Assembly (NCBI GenBank): GCA_026770705.1
Contig: JANJGN010000021.1
Coordinates: 104,904,001 to 104,968,000, forward strand
Direction of reading: 5' to 3'
DNA from: Isurus oxyrinchus
Taxonomy: Eukaryota
Length of the DNA: 64,000 bases
This document shows, in pieces, positions 1 to 11,705 of this stretch. The position numbers and the translations under genes were made by a program. The notes below the pieces were generated by a model that worked only from the letters and a program-made list of their open reading frames with translations, did not search any database and was not told the origin of the DNA. Within the stretch, counting starts at the first letter, position 1. Every line of letters begins with the position of its first letter.

Positions 1-285
1 CTGGACAGTAGTAGATAAGGAGAAACTGTTCCCACTCGTGAAAGGACCGAAAACGAGGTGGCACAGATTTAAAGTAATTGGCAAGAGAAGCAAAAGCGAT
101 ATGAGAAAAAAAAACTCACATGGTCAGTGGTTAGGGTCTGGAATGCACAGCCTAAGAAGGTAGTGGAGGCAGGTTCAATCGAGGCATTCAAGGGGGAATT
201 AGATGATTATTTGAAAAGGAACAGTCTGTAGGGTTACGGGGAGAAGGCAGGAGAATGGCTTCCTTTTCTGTAACAATTCTGTGAA
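1..285 (+). mobile_element. CR1-type LINE 3' end fragment
   Basis: Typical CR1 ORF2 C-terminal/3'UTR sequence, similar to other copies in the window (e.g. 24650-25200, 49860-50050). Confidence 0.75.
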
Positions 286-1297
286 TCCAGTTTGAATTCG
301 AGCGACAGCTCCACAAGTGGCCATTCTTAATGAAGCAGCACTAATGTAATTTAGACCTTTGTATTATATTTATAAATTCCAAACATTTTATTACAATGTT
401 ATACTCCAAGTGCAAGAAAATTGCTTTGTTGTCAGTTGTTGACCGTGTGATCACTGACCGGATATTTTGCTCTTGGCGCTTTGTGGCTCAGGGTAACATG
501 CAAAATCTGATATAATAATACAGTACAGGAGGGGGCCAATCGGCCCGTTGTGAATATACAGCTTTCCTTGTACTGAGCAATCGTCAAAGTGAGTCCCCTT
601 GCAGTGCCCAGACTCATAAAATATTAGCAATAATCATGATAACTTTGAGCTGATGCACTTCAACAAGGCCACGCCCCTTATCTGTAGAATCCTAAGGAGA
701 TAATACGACCATGAAATGATAGACATCAGCTGGTTCGCCCATTCACTCATTCACGGAATCCATGTATGCCAAATATGAAATTGTCCTCTTGTAATATAGC
801 ATTATACGACATTAACAAAGGTATTTGTACAATCGGGGTGTGTCCTATGTGGGACTAACACAAGAAAAATCAAGTTCAGAAACAGGGTTGGGAAGCACTA
901 TGCACGCTGAATTTTAATTGGCTGAGTTTATAGACGAATGATCGGGCAGCCTACACTGTGACTTTAATCCTATCACAATCTTTTTGCAGACTTAGGGATT
1001 GACAGTAAACGTCGTGCCACTTTTAGAGGCATTGCAAAGTGCGGAAATAAACGAGGTTCGAAGAGATATACAAGTCACCATGGTACACCTGTTTTTTGTC
1101 TGTGGGATTTGAGATCGAAAGCCATTGTTTTCGTTTCAATTCTGCAATCGTCTTTACATCTGCTCGAGACCCGCATGAGTCTGTTGCACATTGTGCGAGA
1201 GGCTGCTCTCTTTGCTTGCGTAGACAGCATGATGTTTCCGCCCTTCTAATAGCACAACATCAGCTTTGCTTAAATATTCACTAAACTGTGCCATATG

Positions 1298-3490
1298 GAC
1301 ATAAGAACAGGAGGAGGCCATTCGGCCTCGAGCGTATTGCACTATTAAATTAGATCATGGATGATGTGTATCTTAACTGCTTTGCTTCTGTAAACTTTCA
1401 TATTCTGTTGTAATAAAAATCTATCGATGACATTTTCAATCTACACAAACTTAGTAGCTTTTTGAGACTTTGTCCAGATTTTCACTATCTTTTATTCAAA
1501 GTGCTTTCTGACATGAAAACCTAGCGCTAATTTTAAGATTCTGCCCCTTTGTTTTGGTCTTCCCCACGAGAAGCAATAGTTTATTGATATCTACCTGATC
1601 AAATCTTTAATCTTCTTGAACACCTCAAACTATCATTCCGTAATCATTTACGTTCAAGGGAATACGAGTCCTGTCTGTGCGATTAACTCTGTTTAACCCT
1701 AACATTTTGGTGAACCTGGGCTGCACCGCTTCAAGGCCAATATATCCTTCTTGAGATTAGTCCCCATAAATTCATACAGTACGCCAGGTAGAGTTTAAAC
1801 ATAGCTATATACAGCAGCCATGTAACTTGGGTTTCTTTGTATTCCAGCCCTCTTGATAGTCCAACATCACTTCAAAGTTTGAAATTAATTTTTGCATTTA
1901 TCTAATAGTTTTTAGGGATTGCAGTGCTTAGCCTCGCAAATCTCTGTTTGTTCAGAGCCGCCCATCATTTAGAAAATACATCTTTCTTAGTCACAAGGTG
2001 GCTGACTTGACACTCAGCCTCATTGAAGTTCATCTGCTACCATTTCCCCACTCTCTTCCTCTATCATCATCCCTCTACAAATTTCTGCTCCATTTTATAG
2101 TGTTTCCTCAGCTTCCAAACCTACAGCAGAGTTCGAAATAACGCTTTTGATTACTTCACCCAAGTTATTTATAAATATAGTGAAAAACTGTGGCAGTACT
2201 GATCATTAGGCAACGCTATTCGTCACATCCTACCAAGTTGAACGGAAACCTGTTATTCCCTACTTTTTATGCATTACCTACTAACCAGTTTCCTCTCCAA
2301 GCGAATTGCCTCCAATTTCATGCACTCTCATTTTTGTTAACAGTCTGATGTGGAACCCTATCGAAAGCCTTACAGAACTAAATAATTAACATGCATAATT
2401 ATTTCCTTAACTACTACATTAATTACCTCCTCAAAACATTCAAATGGAGTATTAGGTATCACTTGCCCCCTTACAAAGGCTCAGCCACTGCACCCCTCGT
2501 CACAGTCTAATAATTTCCTCACAAGGACGTTAGATCAAACATAGCTATATATAGTAATAAGGTAATTCGGGTCTCTTTGTATTCCAGCCCTCTTGACAGC
2601 CCAACATCTCTTCAAAGTTTTAAATTAATTTTTGCATTTGTTTACTGGTTACATGACTGCTATATATAGCTATGCTTAAACTCCATCTGGCGTGCTGTAT
2701 GAATGTTATATTATGTTATTCGACGTTAGAATCCTATAATTTCCTGGTTTCTTCCTCTTACGCTCCTTAAAAATAAGATCACAAGATCATAAGAAATAGG
2801 AGCGGAAGGTAGGCCATTCGGCCCATCAAGCCTGCTCTGCCATTCCATAAGGCCATGGCTGATCTGATTGTGGTCTTAACCTTACTTTCCTGTCTGCTCC
2901 CCATAATGTTTATCTCCCCGTCAATAAAACAAAAACTACCTAACTTAACCTTAAATATATTCAAAGACCCGGCCTTCACTGCACTCTGTGGAAGAGAATT
3001 CTAAGGAGTAACAGTCCTTTGAGAGAAAGGCTTCATCCACTTTACCATCTTAAATGTGAATTAAATGATGGTGATGAATTAAATGCTTCTTGCCAAAGTG
3101 AGCAATCTCACATTTTCCTACATAATACTCTATTTGCCATTTTTTCCCACTCGCTTATCTGATTTTCCCTTGACTCATCACCATCTTTAAATTTGAAATC
3201 CTCAAAGAACTCTAATAAATTTGTCAATATGATTCACAAAACCATGTTGACTCTGCTTGATTGTATTATAATCCTCATAGTGTCCTGTTACCACTGCCTT
3301 AATAATTGATTCTAGGGCTTCCCAATGACAGATGTTAGTCTAATTGACCTATAGTTTCCTGCTTTTTGTCTCCCTCCTTTCTTGAATATGGGTATTACAT
3401 TTATAGCTGCCCAATCTCTGAGGCCTTACGAGAATCTAATGAATTTTGGAAGATTGCAATCAATACAACCACCACCTCTGCAGCCACTTA
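1298..3490 (-). mobile_element. Old nested CR1-type LINE fragments
   Basis: Two minus-strand CR1 3' tails (cataagaa...ggaggccattcggcc at ~1300 and ~2788) with degenerate RT remnants. Confidence 0.7.
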
Positions 3491-3839
3491 TTCTCTGATT
3501 AGCAGGATGTGACCATGTTTCATCACATATATTAAAGAACTGAGTGAAGGAATCGGGAGCTGTATATTCAAGTTTGTAGATGATAATAAATTAGCAAGCA
3601 CGGCACATTGCGTGCATAAAAACACCAAGTTGCACAGGGCCAAAGGCAGACTAAATGAGTGAGAAGTACTACAGCAAATGGAGCTCAATTTGGGAAAATG
3701 TGAGGCCATCCACTTTGTATCACGCAAAGACAAATTGGAATACTTTCTTAATGGTGAGAGATTTGGAACTATGGAGTAACAAAGAGATTTAGGTTTCTAC
3801 ACATATAGATCACTAAGGCCAGTGGACAGACACCAAACT

Positions 3840-6385
3840 GGATGTAGAAATGGTTCGGGTTGAAATGAGAAATAGTAAAGGCAAGAAGTCACTTTTTGGA
3901 GTAGTGCACAGGTCCCGTTACTAAATCATTACTAAATGGCGGGGCAGACTGAAAAGAAGATATAATAGGAGTTTGTCAGAAAGGTACGATGATAATCATG
4001 GGGGATTTTAATCTACATACGGGCTGGAAAAATCAGATTGGCAAAGGCAGCCTAGATGAAGAGTTCACAGAATGTGTTTGGGATGCTATCATAGAACAGC
4101 ACATCTTGGAGCCAACCAGATAGCAGGCTATACTAGACCTGGTATTGTGCAACAAGCTAGGATGAATTGATAACCTCATAAGGAAGGCAACTCAACGACC
4201 ATAATATGATTGAATTTTATATTCAGTATGAGGGAGAGAAGAATGGGCCCAAGACTAATATTTTAAACTCAAATAAGGGCAATTAGGAGGGCATGAAAGC
4301 AGAGCTAGCTAAAGTGAACCGGCAAATTAAGTTAAGGAATATGTCAATAGAAATTCAGTGGCAGAAATTTAAACAGATATTTCAGAATGTACAGGATAGA
4401 TATATTACAATGAGAAAGAAAAATTCCAAGGGGAGGACCTCCCATCAATGGTTAACTAAAAAAGTTAAAGACAGTAACAACCTTAAAGAAAAAGCATATA
4501 ATTGCATAAAGACAGTTGACAGCTCAGAAATGGGACAGAATATAAAGAACCATAAAAATGACAAACAGATAAATAAGGAGAGACATGTTAGAGTACAAGA
4601 GAAAGCTAGCTAGAAGTACAAAAAGGGATAGTAAAAGTTTCTATAGATATTTAAATAAGAAAAGATTTAACAAAGTGAGGGCTGATCCTATAGAAAGTGA
4701 GGCTGGAGATTTAGTAATGGAAAATAAGGAAATGGCATGAATTGAATAGGTATTTTGCATCGGTCTTCACTATAGAGTGTACAAGTAACATCCCAGAAAC
4801 AGCTGTAAATACGGAAATGGAATGGAGGGAGGAAATCGGGAAAATTACAGTCGCCAGGGAAGTTGTATTGAGCAAAATGCTGGAACTTTGGGTTGACAAA
4901 TCCTCTGGTCTTGATGGACTTCATCCAAGGGTCTTATAAGAAGTGGCTAGTGAGTTAGTTGATGCTTTGGTTTTAGTTTTCCAAAATTCCCTAGATTCTG
5001 GGAAGGTTCCATTAGATTGGAAAGGGAGGGAGACAGAGTGCAGGAAACTATAGTTCTGTTAGCTTAACATCTGGCATAGAGAAAGTGTTAGAAGCTAATA
5101 TTAAACATGTTATGATAGGACACCGAGAAAAATTCAAGGCAATCAGGCCGAGTTAACATTGTTTTGTGAGAAAGAAATCATGTTCAACCAATTTATTGGA
5201 GTTCTTTGAAGGAGTCACATGTGCTGTGGATAAGGGGGAACTGGTGGATATACTGTACTTAGATTTCCAGAAGACATTCGATAAGATGCTACATGACAGG
5301 CTATTGGGAGAAATGAAAGCTCATTGTATAGGATTTAACATATTGGCATGGATAGAAGATGGCTATCTAACAGGAAGAGAGATAGATATAAATGGGTCAT
5401 TCTCTGGTTGGCAGGGTGTAATGAGTCATGTGCCACAGGCATTAATGTTGTGGCCTCAAGTTTTGGATGAAGGGACTGCAGGTATGTTTGCTAAATTTGC
5501 TGATAAAACAAAGATAGGTAGGAAAGTAAATTGTGAATAGGACATAAGAGGCTACAAGGGGGCATAGCTAGGTTAAGGGAACAGGCAAAGCTATGGCAAG
5601 TGTAGTATAAATAAGGCAAATGTGAAATTGTCCATTTTGGCAGGAAGAATAAAAAAGAAGCATATTATCTAACTGGTGAGAGATTGCAGATCTCTGAGAT
5701 GCAGAGGGGTCTGGGTGTCCTTGTGCATGAATCACAAAAGGCTAGTATACAGGTACAGCAAATAATTAGGAAAGCTAATAGAATATTATCCTTTATTGCA
5801 AGTGGAACTGAATGCAATAGTAGAGAGATTATGCTTCAGTTGCGCAGGGCATTGATGAGCACTATGTACAGTATTGGTCTCCTTATTTAAGGAAGGATGT
5901 AAATGCGCTGGAAGCAGTTCAGGAATGGGTGGGTTGTCTTATGAGGAACTATTGGACAGGCTAGGCTTGTATCCACTGTGGTTTAGAAGAGTAAGAGGTG
6001 ACTTTACTGAAGCCTTTAAGATCCTGAGGGATCCTGAGGGTGGATGTGGAAAGGATGTTTCCTCTTGTGGCAGAATCTAGAGCTAGGGGTCACTGTTTAA
6101 AAATAAGGGGTCGCTCATTTAAGACAGAGATGAGGAGATGTTTTTCTCCCAGAGAGTCGTGAGTCTTTGGAACTCCCTTCCTCAAAAGTCAGTGGGAGCA
6201 GAGCCTTTGAATGTTTTTAAGGCAGCGGTACATAGATTCTTGATTAACAAGGGGGTGAAAGGTTATCGGGGGTAGGCAGAAATGTGGGGTCGAAGTTACA
6301 ATCAGATCAGCCATGATCTTATTGAATGGCGGAGCAGGCTCGAGGGGCTGAGTGGCCTACTCATGCTCCTAATTCATATGTTGTT
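3840..6385 (+). mobile_element. Decayed CR1 LINE ORF2 (APE endonuclease + RT) with 3' tail
   Basis: Broken ORFs with RT motifs (KSCSTNLLEFFE, YLDFQKTFDK, KFADKTK), endonuclease remnants and a CR1 3' tail. Confidence 0.9.
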
Positions 6386-7049
6386 TTTTTTTAAAAGTCA
6401 TCAAATAGGATGCGTGAGGGACTGATGCAAAGGTTAAGCAGTGTCTCGTTCAGACCTTATCTCGATTACCGCGTTCAGTTTTGGGCATCAAAATTGAGAA
6501 ATCGGGAAACGCTTTCATACAAAAGATTAGTGAAGATCTGGAATTAACTCGAAGCTGTGGGTGCTAACCAATTCACATTTTCAAGATTGCGATTGCTAAT
6601 TTTGTGCTCACCAATGGCCAAGGCATATAAAATAAAGGCAGATAAATGGAGTTGAGTTGCAGACCAGCCATAGTGTAATGGAATAGCAGAGCAGGCTCAA
6701 GGCATTGCATGACATACTCTTGTTTATATCGTTTCTATGGCAGATTAAATTTGAATAGTAATAGTAATTTCGGCTTCTTTATTATGAAAGCAAAGCTCCA
6801 CCTTATACATTTTGCATTTTGTGGGTAGGCCATCAGCTAATTGAAATTATAGAATAGACTGAAACCTGTTCAAATGCCATCTGGCATATTTTCAGTCGTT
6901 TTGCCAATAGCAATAATGATAGATGGTGGGATACCTATTAGCACTTCATATTCAATATTACTACTTAAAAACTTAAGGACCATGCAGTAGCACCTTGAAT
7001 TTCTTATTCCAATATGCACTAGTTTGAAAAGATCTTTGGTAATGATATT

Positions 7050-7870
7050 TTTTATTCAGTCATGGGATGTGAACATCACTGACAAGGCCAGCCTATGTTT
7101 CCCATTCCTGATTGCCCTTGAGGAGGTGGCATTGAGCCACATTCTTGAAACATTGCAGTCCTTGTGCTGTAAGTTCACCCAGAGTTCTGCTATGGAGGGA
7201 ATTCTAAGATTTTGATGCAGCAGCAATGTAAGAATGCTAATGCATTTCCAAGTCAGGATGGTGTGTGACTCGCAAGTTATGTTGTTTCCAAATGTCTGCT
7301 GCTCTTGTTCTTTTTGGTCTTAGAGATTGCGTGCTTGAAAGATGATGTCGAAGAAGTCTTGATCAACTGTTGCAATGCACCTTGTAAATGGTACACACCG
7401 AAGACAAGGTGCACTACGGTGGAGGGATTGATTATTTAAGCTGGTGAACGGAGTGCCAATCAAATGGGCTGGTTTGCCTTGAATTGTTTCTAGCTCCTTG
7501 AGTATTGTTGAAGCTGCACCCGTCCAGTCAAGTGTAGCGTATTCCATCACACTCCTAACTTGTGCCTTGCAATAGGTGGGAAATCTTTGGAGAGTCAGAA
7601 ATTGAGCTATTGAACATGGAACAATAAGCCTCTGACCTGCTCCTGTACCCTTTGTATTTATGCGGCTGGTCCACTTAAGGTTGTGGCAAATGGTGACCCT
7701 CGGATATTGATGGTGTGGAGTTTGGTGACGGTAATTCCATTGGCTGTCAAGAGGAGATGGTTAGCGTCTCTCTTGTTGTAGATGGCCATTACCTGGCACT
7801 TGTATGGCATGAATGTCACTTGCCATTTATCAACCATTGCCTGAATGCTGTCCAGGTCTTGCTGCATACT
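7050..7870 (-). mobile_element. Second LINE family (CR1/L2 group) 3' fragment
   Basis: MQQDLDSIQAMVDKWQVTF and MEYATLDWTGAA remnants. Same family at ~36450-37100(-), ~49450-49790(-), ~52345-53550(+) and ~58120-58940(-). Confidence 0.75.
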
Positions 7871-8439
7871 GGTACATTTGTTTCATTATAATTTTCAAAT
7901 GGAGCTGGATATGTAGTGACATTGGGAATTTTCCAATGTAGATGGGCAATTCCCGAACAGAGAACATTATGGAAGCATCGGGCTCTCAGTCTCATTTGTT
8001 TTTCTATCATCATTTAAAAATATATTTAATCTGGTTAGTTCCACTCCGTGATTTATTTTTCTTTTTGCTGTATCCCTGGTATTTTATTTGCATTTTCTAC
8101 TGTGAAGATTGATGCAAAGCCCAATATTTAGTAAATCAGCCATTTCCTGAATTCCAAATACAATAGTGTTGGGTCTGTTATTAAGAAGCACACAGTTCTT
8201 AATGCTGAAGATCCTTTGTCTTAAAACATTTGTCAAAGCTTTTATTTTACTTTCTGATGTCCACACAAGCATTTGCTCTTTTCCCATTATTGCAGCACTT
8301 ACCAAATTCTCTGCATCTCTTCGCAGGTCCTCATATCCCTTCTAGTCCACTGGATGTATAGATATTTGCCTTCTAAGTGTTTCCTTTTTGTTTTATATTA
8401 TCTTGCTCTTCCCTTGTTGAGCAAGGTTGTCTAATCAGA

Positions 8440-8850
8440 CAACAACGGCAACTCACATTTATATAACAGTGTTAGCTTTGTAAACTTGGCAAGGTGCTTC
8501 ATGGCAACGTTATCAAACATTTGAGACAAAGAGATATTAGAACAGCTGACCAAAGTCCTGGTGAAAAGGTTAGGCTTTCAGGAGTGCCTTAAAGGAGGGA
8601 AAAGAATTAGAGAGGTGGAGAAGTTAGAGATGGAAAGTATAATTCGAAGCATTGCTGTATCTGGAGCCAATGCATTGAGCCTGGTGTTGATGGAGGAATA
8701 TGATTTGGCGTGTGAGTTAGGATGTTAGCTGCAAAACTTTGGATGATCTCAAGTTTATAGACGATAGAATATGGGACTTCAGCTAGAAGAATGTTGGAAT
8801 AGTCAAGTTTAGAGATGACAAAAACATGGATGAGGGTTTAAGCAGCAGAT
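8440..8850 (-). mobile_element. L2-like LINE 3' fragment
   Basis: Homologous to ~59530-59950, whose translation (FITSKLDDSNVLLAG...KLEFIQRSAA) is a typical L2 ORF2 C-terminus. Confidence 0.65.
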
Positions 8851-9092
8851 TAATTTTACCAGGTTTCCCAGTGTTGGATTACGAGGAGGGATTATATATA
8901 TTTGGCTTGTATCCCTAGGAAATCAAACGTTTACCAGTTGATTTGAGTGTGTCTTTTAGGATTTTTAAAGGAGTTGATAGGGTAGATAGAGAGAATTTTT
9001 TTACACTAGTATGGGAATCTGAGGGAAGGAAGTGTAACCTTAACAGCAGCACCAGGTCATTCAGGAGAGATAGGAAACGCTGTTTCAATCAA

Positions 9093-9297
9093 NNNNNNNN
9101 NNNNNNNNNNNNNNNNNNNNNNNNNNNNNNNNNNNNNNNNNNNNNNNNNNNNNNNNNNNNNNNNNNNNNNNNNNNNNNNNNNNNNNNNNNNNNNNNNNNN
9201 NNNNNNNNNNNNNNNNNNNNNNNNNNNNNNNNNNNNNNNNNNNNNNNNNNNNNNNNNNNNNNNNNNNNNNNNNNNNNNNNNNNNNNNNNNNNNNNNN
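9093..9297. other. Assembly gap (205 N)
   Basis: Run of N. Confidence 1.
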
Positions 9298-10525
9298 CAC
9301 AAACACACAAACATGTATATATCATTCTGGCTAATTTAAAAAAAAATTAAAACTGGACAATGACCTTTTTGAAAAGGCTGAAGTTATGTCTGCCTGTGAC
9401 CTTCGAACAACAGGAGTTAATCTGGTAATATGAGGGAAATTCGCACCTCATTGTCAGTGAAGAGAACCTAACGACCCTTGTGGGCTGCAGGGACCATATT
9501 GAAAGAGAACAATATCAAGGCCATCTGCATTTCAGATTCCAGGCTGGCCAACTGGAGTCTATTAGTCTGAGAAGTGGAAGAGACTTGCAGCTTTCCTTTC
9601 TGGTTCTTAATGGTTGGAACATTAACGATCTTAGTAACCCAGACAAAGAGATATACACCATTTGTCAAAGCCAAAGTGGAGAGGCGGGCATCATTTAACA
9701 TGAACCCTAGCTAGTGGGACCTGTAATATTGCCTTTTGGAGCTGCAAAACTCGGTCTGCCATCTTTCCAACTACCAAGCAGCAGGACAGAAAAGAACGTT
9801 GAATACCTGGCTCCATCCACACTGTGTTGGAACTACTAAACTTCTGTACCATCACCTACAAGACTAATTCACCTCTCCATTCCTTTCTAATCATGAAAAT
9901 CTATCCATCAGAAAAGTGTATTAGAGAGCATGAGTTTTCAGCCTGCTGATCTGTGCAAAGAAATACATCATTGGACTTTGATTTTGGACTGTGAGCTCAT
10001 GTGAAACAATAAATCGTGTCTCTGTGGTCTTTACCTTGTAAATCTTTTTCTCCCTCTATCCCTTTTTTATTGTATGAATGCACAGGGGGACTATGTAGTG
10101 ACACCCCCCACCCAGTCCACAGTTTTGATGTGTACAAATAAACTAATCCTCTAGTTTACTCTATCTCGAGTTTGATGTGGGGCTGTTAATAGAAATTGGA
10201 TCACACCAGAATGGAGGAGTTGGGAAATAGGCCATCACTTATAAAGATAGAAATGAAAAGCAAAACAGCTTTCTGTTTATGGATGGGTGGTGAAAAGAGG
10301 AGTCAGGGCTGTTTAAATGAACACCCCCCACCCACCCTGCACACATTCCCAACAGGTAAACTATGTGAAGCTGCCTCCCATAAAAGATGATTAATTAAAT
10401 ACATTCTAAGATTGGCTGATTTTTGATGGACAAGTGGCTATTAAGGGAGATGGAGCCATATCAGGTGTATACAATGAAGCCACAGATTTGTATAATGTTA
10501 GGAGTTAGACATATACATTTGTACT

Positions 10526-10664
10526 GGGCTTGGCCTAAATAGCCAAGTGGTTATGGTACTGGGTTTGTAACCCCAAGATTGAGAGTTCAAATCTCACAAT
10601 GGCAAACTATGAAACAATGTAACTTCATCTGAACAGATGGAAACAGGTTTGTACTCGTAAGAGT
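10526..10664 (+). mobile_element. Short tRNA-Thr(TGT)-like SINE / tRNA retrocopy
   Basis: Box A TAGCCAAGTGG, anticodon arm actgggtttgtaaccccaa and box B GTTCAAATC, with a 12-bp TSD TACATTTGTACT (10514-10525 and 10665-10676). Confidence 0.75.
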
Positions 10665-11705
10665 TACATTTGTACTTGTGGATGTTAGGAATAAGCTATA
10701 GCTTTGAGTTTAATTCTGGCTTTAAGGAAGTTATATACTTTATTTGTGGGTCCAGCTTCACTTTAAAGAATGTTGTCTGCAAGTTTGTGTTTGTTTGTAT
10801 ACCTGCATGTAATGAGGTTTATGATTCTTTAAGTAGAAAACCTATGCTGTTGCCTATCAAGAGGGGACCCGAAAACTGAGAGAAACAAAAAGCGGTTTGA
10901 GTTCAGTTGGTGATTATGTTCTAAAGTAAAAGGAGCAGAGTAAGTTTCTCTAACTGGACATGCTAGCATATTTCTGAGGAAAATAAGTCTAAGAATCTTA
11001 GATGAGTTGCTCTAAAGTTAAAGTAGCAGAGAATGTCGAGTGAGTTCTGGATCTCAAGGGGGATACCAAGTTGTCAGCAGTCAACAGGAAGGGGGAACTG
11101 CAAGGAGCAGGTCCTAAAGGAAGAAGAGAAAGGTCCCAAGAAGACCTTTAAGTTAAATCAAAGGACTAGGACAGGAATCTGGAACAACAGCCTGTTCAGT
11201 GGAAGTGAAAGCAAGGAGCAGAAGGAAAGGCTCCAAGTTAAAGAGAGAAAGCTGCAGGAAGCAGACTCAAGGCAAATCGGTCTTGTGAGAAGCCAAAAGA
11301 TCCAAGGAGGCAGTCGAAGGTTGGTGATTCCTTATTATGGACATGTGAAGCAGTGATGCTCGCACAAGTGAGCATCTGAGAGGGAGAGTGCGTGGAAGGC
11401 AAAGCCTGAATGCCCGTGGTGACACAAGGGAGAGGAACATTGTAAGGCAAGTTTGAAACCCTGGAAATAGACCCTTGTAGAAGGCATCTGAGAGAAAGCA
11501 AAGTTTGGGATAAGATTCCAAAGTGAGTTCTTTGAGAGTGGACTTTTGAAACCCTCATGTGAAAGACAGACTGCTGGGCTCAATGTGTGACAAACGTCTG
11601 GGGAGAGTTGATGAGGGATCCATAGTATCTGCTTGGGATGGCATCTGTTACTTGGTTTCAGAGCTTGGTGTGTTTGACAACATGTTTCCCACTGGTTTAC
11701 ATGGA

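Noticed and set aside
10536-10604. Functional tRNA-Thr gene
   Set aside because: Poor acceptor and anticodon stem pairing, a non-tRNA tail and a flanking TSD indicate a retroposed element.
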